Of a DNA stretch of 64,000 nucleotides, positions 57,826 to 64,000 are shown in pieces (the first letter of the stretch is position 1; the number at the start of each line of letters is the position of its first letter). The translations under genes and the position numbers were made by a program. The notes below the pieces were generated by a model. It had not been told where the DNA came from. It ran no database searches and saw only the letters and a program-made list of their open reading frames with translations. Source of the DNA: Tubiluchus corallicola (lineage: Eukaryota; Animalia; Priapulida); the NCBI GenBank assembly GCA_030141605.1, contig JAQGDQ010001023.1:5629-69628 (forward strand). The letters are read 5' to 3'.

Positions 57826-59221
57826 TTAACTTTTACATTAGTATAAGTTCTATTAATAAAGTTGTGTTGTTTTAACTATAACTAATAATTGTTAAAATAC
57901 AGATTAATGCAGACATATATAAAGATTAAAGAATAAAGGTTTTCTATACGTGCATTACTGTACAAGGTTGTAAATAATTGGAAAGTTTCAGCTCATTGGT
58001 TTCATTAGACAAAGGGGATTGCAGCACCATTATATGTAAAGCAACAGTTTTGCGAGATCTAATAATAAAATGGGGCGTTTCGTAAGACTGATGAAATCGT
58101 GAATTAACAGATTTGATAACTTGAGAGCGATTTGGCTACATCAAGTTCACTTCACCCAAGGAGAGGTGTCATGCAACTCTGTAAGCAGGATAACCAATTT
58201 CAAAATGAGCGTTAATTCGCTCAAATCCTAGTGTGTCTAATTTGACCTGATTAAATGCTAAAGGGCTCATTTCGATTTATTAATTACATTATGCATTTTA
58301 AACAGTTGGAAATTTCATGGTGGATCTCACGATATACAATTTGCTTGACGTTCTACGCAAAAAATTCTAACTGATTGAATTACGAATTTATTCCACAACC
58401 AATCGTACGTACAAACATACATATAAATTGTTGATACATTATAAAATAAAATAAACAAGTTACAGTGAGAAGGAGAAATGGCTTAGTAAGGAAAGCATAA
58501 AAATTTTCTTATACTGTGTTATAACAATATGTAACATGATATGCAATGCATGATTTAATTATACGTAACGTAATAGAAATAGCTTATTTACTTGCAAAAT
58601 TATATTCTTAAACCAGTGTGTAAGGACTAGAATATTAATTATAAGAACACGTTTTAATAATCGCAGCTAAACCAGAAGCTCTTTTTGCGTTCCTGGCGTC
58701 ATTTTGTTGAAACAGAATTTATGAGTGCTAGCAGCGCCCTCGCGTATTGTCAACGCCCACGCGTTTATTCACGACTCGCTAATCGTTTCAGTTTAATAAG
58801 GTAATTTCGCACATGCAGGTAGTTTACAACCACAATGGTAATCAGGCTTAGATTCGTGTTAATTGTATGGCTCATTTAACGAGAAAACTAACGGGATTTC
58901 TCCTATAATGCTAATGCAAGGGGAGCATGCAAACTGGGTCGGCCAGAAAAAAACGATCTTCCAAGTTAACTTCTGTGGTAGAAGCACTTGTAAGAGTCCC
59001 ACACCATCGGATAGTCCTGCTTCTCGTCTTCTCCCAACGAACGTCGTTAGTACGTTTTTTCAACACGGTGTCATAGCAGTAAGTGAGAAACGGAAATGGA
59101 AGTTTAGACCTTCTGTCCTTAGAGAAAAACCGTGAAGAAATACGTCTTTAATGGTCAGTGATTGAGTTAACTCATGTTTAGCACGAGAGAATTTTCTCAA
59201 GATAAATTAAGTGCCTGAGAT

Positions 59222-59322
59222 GGAGAGAGAGGGAGGGAGGGAGGGAGGGAGAGAGAGAGAGAAAGAGAGAGAGAGAGAAGGAGAGAGAGAGAGAGGGGGG
59301 AGAGGTAGAGAGAGAGAGAGAA

Positions 59323-59365
<43 letters not shown>

Positions 59366-59400
59366 AACAGAGAGAGAGAGAGAGAGGGGGAAAGAAAAAG
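59222..59400. repeat. GA-rich microsatellite
   Basis: Direct observation. Confidence 0.95.
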
Positions 59401-60364
59401 AAAAATGAAGAAACGTTTTACGTCTTAGTGTGGGTCTTGCATGGAACTTTATAGCACTTTGCAAAGAATAGGGGAACTACACGGTCTTCTCTTTTACAAA
59501 CTACAAACGTCTCTACCGTTTAGACCTTTTAGACGCTTTGCTAGTTAACCTGTGTAACTACTTTTTTGGACCGCCCTGTATAAAATGCGGTTTATTTAGT
59601 AAAGCTGCAGAAAGTAAAGTTTCAGACGAAAAATCCGTCTTATCAGTTCGTGCTAATGAATGAATCCATGTAAGCGTGGGTGGTTAACCCATAAAACAGA
59701 AAAGGCGAAAAAGAACCAGAAATGAGGCGACAAACATCCATTCTAGACGGATTCACGGATAGTAAAGCTTTATGAATCTATGAGTCTGTTTATGATTTTT
59801 CAATAACGGACGCCAAGTCGTTAAAACATTCATTTTTTGGAAAAATATACGTACTTTACTTTAAGCCAACAGGAAGGCGAGTGAAGCCAGTGAGGATGCC
59901 TAGAAGGTTTTTTCAACAATGAGTGTCGAACAACAATTACACCACGTACAGGACTCGTTTACGGGACGCTTTATTAGGCCAGGTCATTATGAATTTGGGA
60001 TACGAGAAGAAAGAGGGCACATGAAGGAATGCAAAACTTCGCCGAGACGGTTCAGTTCCCAGTGCCATATCGGAGATTTCTCGCTTGGAAAAAAACATAG
60101 ATTATTTAGACATTGCCGTTACTTTGTAAAGCTTTCAATATGGCACAAAACTAAATATTACATCTTGTAGTTGAAATATCATTTAAATTTTGTGAAACAG
60201 AGTGTGTTGTAGGGCACAGAAACTGTACCTAAGTGCTTTGCAGTGTATTTAGTTTATCACGAGGGTTTGACCAATCCAGTACCGTCATTATATTAAGGTT
60301 TCCAGACTCAATCGACTACTAGTTAAATTGACCCCCCCGCAATTATGGACTACTGTTTACTCCT

Positions 60365-60605
60365 TGTTTCACAAATGCATCCATCACGTCAACACCTATG
60401 GCAGATCTAAGACGGGGCGCTCGTTTCAGAAATGCATCCCATCACGTCAACACCTATGGCAGATCTAAGACGGGGCGCTTGTTTCAGAAATGCATCCCAT
60501 CACGTCAACACCTATGGCAGATCTAAGACGGGGCGCTTGTTTCAGAAATGCATCCCATCACGTCAACACCTATGGCAGATCTAAGACGGGGCGCTCGTTT
60601 TAGAG
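60365..60605. repeat. 58-bp tandem repeat, ~4 copies
   Basis: ATCACGTC at 60383, 60441, 60499, 60557. Confidence 0.93.
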
Positions 60606-62249
60606 ATGAGACTTAATTCTTTAAACCGGCTGTTTACATTATTGTATGCAGTTAGTTGCAGGTTTAAGACGGGTTAGTATGGCTTTGTCATGTAAAATAC
60701 ATTCAAGCTAGGTATCACTCACCTCATAGCCGTATCACGCGCCACAAAACTCGCTCAGTTAATGGGTTTCAGTTTTAGGGAAACTTCCAAATTGACGAAA
60801 TCCTAAAGCTATGGAATGCAAAAAATCCACTGTTAATTCAGGGGTGTCAATCAAGCAAGTCAAATTTCACAGTATCAGAAATGTAGATTCCAGACACCAA
60901 CCAAACTTGACATCAATACGAATTTTGGAATTTTTCATGTATTATCGATCACTGATCATGAATCGATTAGTATATTCCGTTTTTATATTTTTTCTTTTTC
61001 TTTTGTAATTATTGGAACTAATTTAGCCTATAACAGTGTTTTGTTACTCAGGTAACGATTCGTTATTGGTTCTCGATCGATTACTGATTGTAAATTTACT
61101 ATGTTCAAGCAATGGACTTAACGGAAGTGGTGTGACAAGCCACTGGCGTAGCAGTGTCTAGTTTTTTGCTGGATTACTGCTGCGTTTACCTGTCTGAAGG
61201 CAGAGTTCTTTTATTTTAAAATTCTGCCTGCCCAATGTCTACAATAGACGTGACGGGCGTATGATGATGAATGGACATCTAGAGAACTTCTAGCGCTTTT
61301 AGCGGTTTTCAGAAATTTTCAATAATTATTATTGATAATTGATAGATTAGTTGCATTTTTCAATGTGATTTTCGTACGAATCGTCGTCCGAAATAATCAG
61401 ACTTAAATGAACTTTTCCCTCATAACAAATGCAGTGGAACATGTACAGAAATTTTAATGTAAAATGCAAAAATAGATTTTGATAATTTACGAATGGATAA
61501 TTTGTCAGCTTTCTGTTTGTTTGTCTGTCTGTCTGGCTAGCTGCCTGTCTACCTACTACTCCCTACCTACACCATTGTGCCCTTTTTCCTCTATTTCATA
61601 ATTCCTTCCATATGTTGTACTTTTATATATCTTCGTGTATTGTGTGCAATTGTTTACAGGCATGCTTGATTTTGCACTTACACTTTTTGCACAAAATTTA
61701 GATTTCGGCTACACCACTTTTCCGAATAAATCAATCTAAATGGATAATTTGTTATATGACAAAAACGAATTCACGAATCCAACATTGCAAAAATCTATGT
61801 CGTTGATTCCACCCACTAATGATCACTCTCTCGCGCACACTCCACGTCATCTAATTACTTAATGCAACAGACCACGAATATTTTCCATTATCTACGGTAG
61901 CTGTGAGTAAAATTCGCATGATAATTTTTCAGGAATCCCGTCGTGCATAGTAACGTAGGATGAGACGATATTTTTATTAACGTACTGTTATATGATTCTT
62001 TTTAAATGTCATTGGGCAGGGCTCAGAAGCTTCGGAAAAGGTGCTTGTAAGCTACTTCACGTTAATTCAACTGTTTATTTAACGAATCAAAAGGCGCCTT
62101 TAGCAAAGTTAAAGAAGTTTTTGAAGAGCAGCTGACTATAGTAAAATAGCCTAATTACCTAGAACTACTGCACCGCTCTATCTTTTTCTCCATCGTAATT
62201 GTTTGCAATCTTAATCACCAGGCTTTTATCATTGTAATTGCTGTCGTGA

Positions 62250-62690
62250 GCACCACCACCACCACCACCACAGCCACCATAACCACCACCACAATCACTA
62301 CCGCTACCATCAACACCGCCACCACTGCCACCACCACAACCACCACCACCAGCACCGCTACCACCACCATAACCATAACCATAACCACCACCACAACCAC
62401 CATCACCACCAATACCACAACCACCACCACCATCAACAACAACAACAACGTACGCCACCACCACCACCAACACAACCAAAAATACCAGCACCGCCATCAC
62501 TACTGCGACCACCACCACCACAAACTCCACCACCACAACTACCAGCACCATCACCGCCATCACCACCACCACCACCACCACCACCAACACCACCACCATA
62601 ACCACCACCACCACCACCACCAACACCACCACCACCACCACCACAGCCACCATAACCACCACCACTGCCACCACCGCAACCACCTCCACC
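62250..62690. repeat. (CAC/CAA)n low-complexity tract
   Basis: Direct observation. Confidence 0.93.
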
Positions 62691-63186
62691 TGTTGTGAAC
62701 TTGAATAAGTCCACAAGTCTCTAGTAATATTAATGTCTTCAAACCAAATAATTGGCACTACTTTTTCCCAAGTTTTGACTGGTGGAAGAATACTTGTTTG
62801 AGTAAAACTTTTTTTCAGACCAGTTTTGAGTCAGGTGTGGCTTTAACTCTAGGAAAAACGGTTGTGTTACTGATTCTATAAAAACATATGAAATTAAAAT
62901 TTATAGAAATTTAATTTTGAGTTAAGGTGTTTTGTGATTTAGTTTTAAACTAGTATACTGAAATTCCGTGAAAAGAGAAATTCACGACACCACCACCACC
63001 ATCTCCACCACCAACACCACCACCATAATCATTTTGGCTTATGATTACAAGTACATTCGATAATAGTCTAAGGATCGTAACGTCATGCGTTTGAAAAAAG
63101 TAACGTTGATTTACATTTTGAAGGTGACGTCTACGTTTATTCGAGATCTGAAGTTACTTTAACTTAATTTTTAATTCTGTACTCAC

Positions 63187-63710
63187 CTGGTGGTAGTCAA
63201 GAAATTCGTTTTCTCCTGTTTTATAGGTGCACAGAAGTCTCAGATTTATACTAGTCGTTAAAATATGAACCTTCTTGCAAACTCCTCAGTTTGCCCCTCA
63301 GTACGAGGAAAGCGCGTATTTTCAACTATGCAGGCGTCAAAACCATCAACTACAATTACTGCAACACCATGGAAGCATGTTAACATTTAGCTAATGACAA
63401 CTGTTAAGCCGGACGCTCTGATTGATGAAGCCACGCACGGCATGCAAGGAGTAGAAGTTCTACATATGAAGTGCGCATGCTTAGAACTGAAGTGTTACTG
63501 CGCATGCGCTGTACGGTTAATTCGGTATCACTGTAATAACTTTATATGTATAGTACTACTGAACAGATGGCAGCAGCAGCATTTCTAGTACGTAAGTAAA
63601 TTTATTCTCCTCGCTCCCAGCCGAAAAGCAGTTAATTCGTTTTTGTTTTTTTAAGTTCCACTTCCGAAACCCAGTCCGGTTTTTACGTGTTTATGCGCAT
63701 GCAGAATTTA
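63187..63710. promoter_or_regulatory. Candidate promoter / 5' UTR exon region of the host LRR gene
   Basis: Strong minus-strand donor CAG|GTGAGT after 63187; three TGCGCATGC (NRF1-like) motifs near 63472, 63499, 63694 and CACTTCCG (ETS-like) near 63659; a minus-strand acceptor (tttatgtttcAG) precedes 56893. Confidence 0.3.
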
Positions 63711-64000
63711 ACCAACGTTAAAAGTATGTTTTAGTAATATTAAATATTGGGTGGAAAATTCCTAACACGTTTTTTAAGACATAGCGACCCCCAATGAACT
63801 TAAAAAATTACATCAAAAGAAGATGGCATCAGGTCCTGGACTAAATATTCTCTCACTGAACGAGGGTTTTAGTTACAGAATCTAAAGTAAAACGCAAACA
63901 GCTCGTGCAACTACTGTGTTCATAGGAATGCACAAGGGCCATTTTGTGGTACCTCATTGTGCTCCAGTCCTAAACACCTCAACATCTTGTAAGACGGGTG

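Noticed and set aside
62165-62758. Gly-rich or Val-rich ORFs
   Set aside because: Translation of a (CAC)n low-complexity tract.

Overview
AT-rich, repeat-rich eukaryotic (invertebrate) genomic DNA; the 5S-derived sequence looks lophotrochozoan-like, which is an inference only. Most long ORFs in the supplied track are translations of minisatellites or microsatellites. The real coding content is on the minus strand. (1) A large multi-exon leucine-rich-repeat (LRR) gene has a signal-peptide/LRRNT exon at 56347-55971 and five single-LRR phase-2 exons (39802-39725, 38771-38688, 26666-26595, 21883-21812, 3421-3350). Those five are too short to appear in the ORF track, and the gene probably continues past the left edge. 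(2) Nested on the same strand inside one ~18.4-kb intron of that gene is a tandem cluster of four strongly diverged two-exon paralogs of ~270-280 aa. Each has a signal peptide, a Cys cap, atypical LRRs, an LRRCT and a C-terminal hydrophobic, probably GPI-anchor, tail. All four share a phase-1 intron at the same position. The rest is about a dozen unrelated minisatellite arrays, LINE relics (CR1-like, RTE-like, and an RT with a CCHC-type knuckle), tRNA-derived SINEs, a 5S-rRNA-headed SINE with an RTE-like tail, and MITE/foldback elements. All gene models were built by eye from splice signals and reading frames, with no database support.
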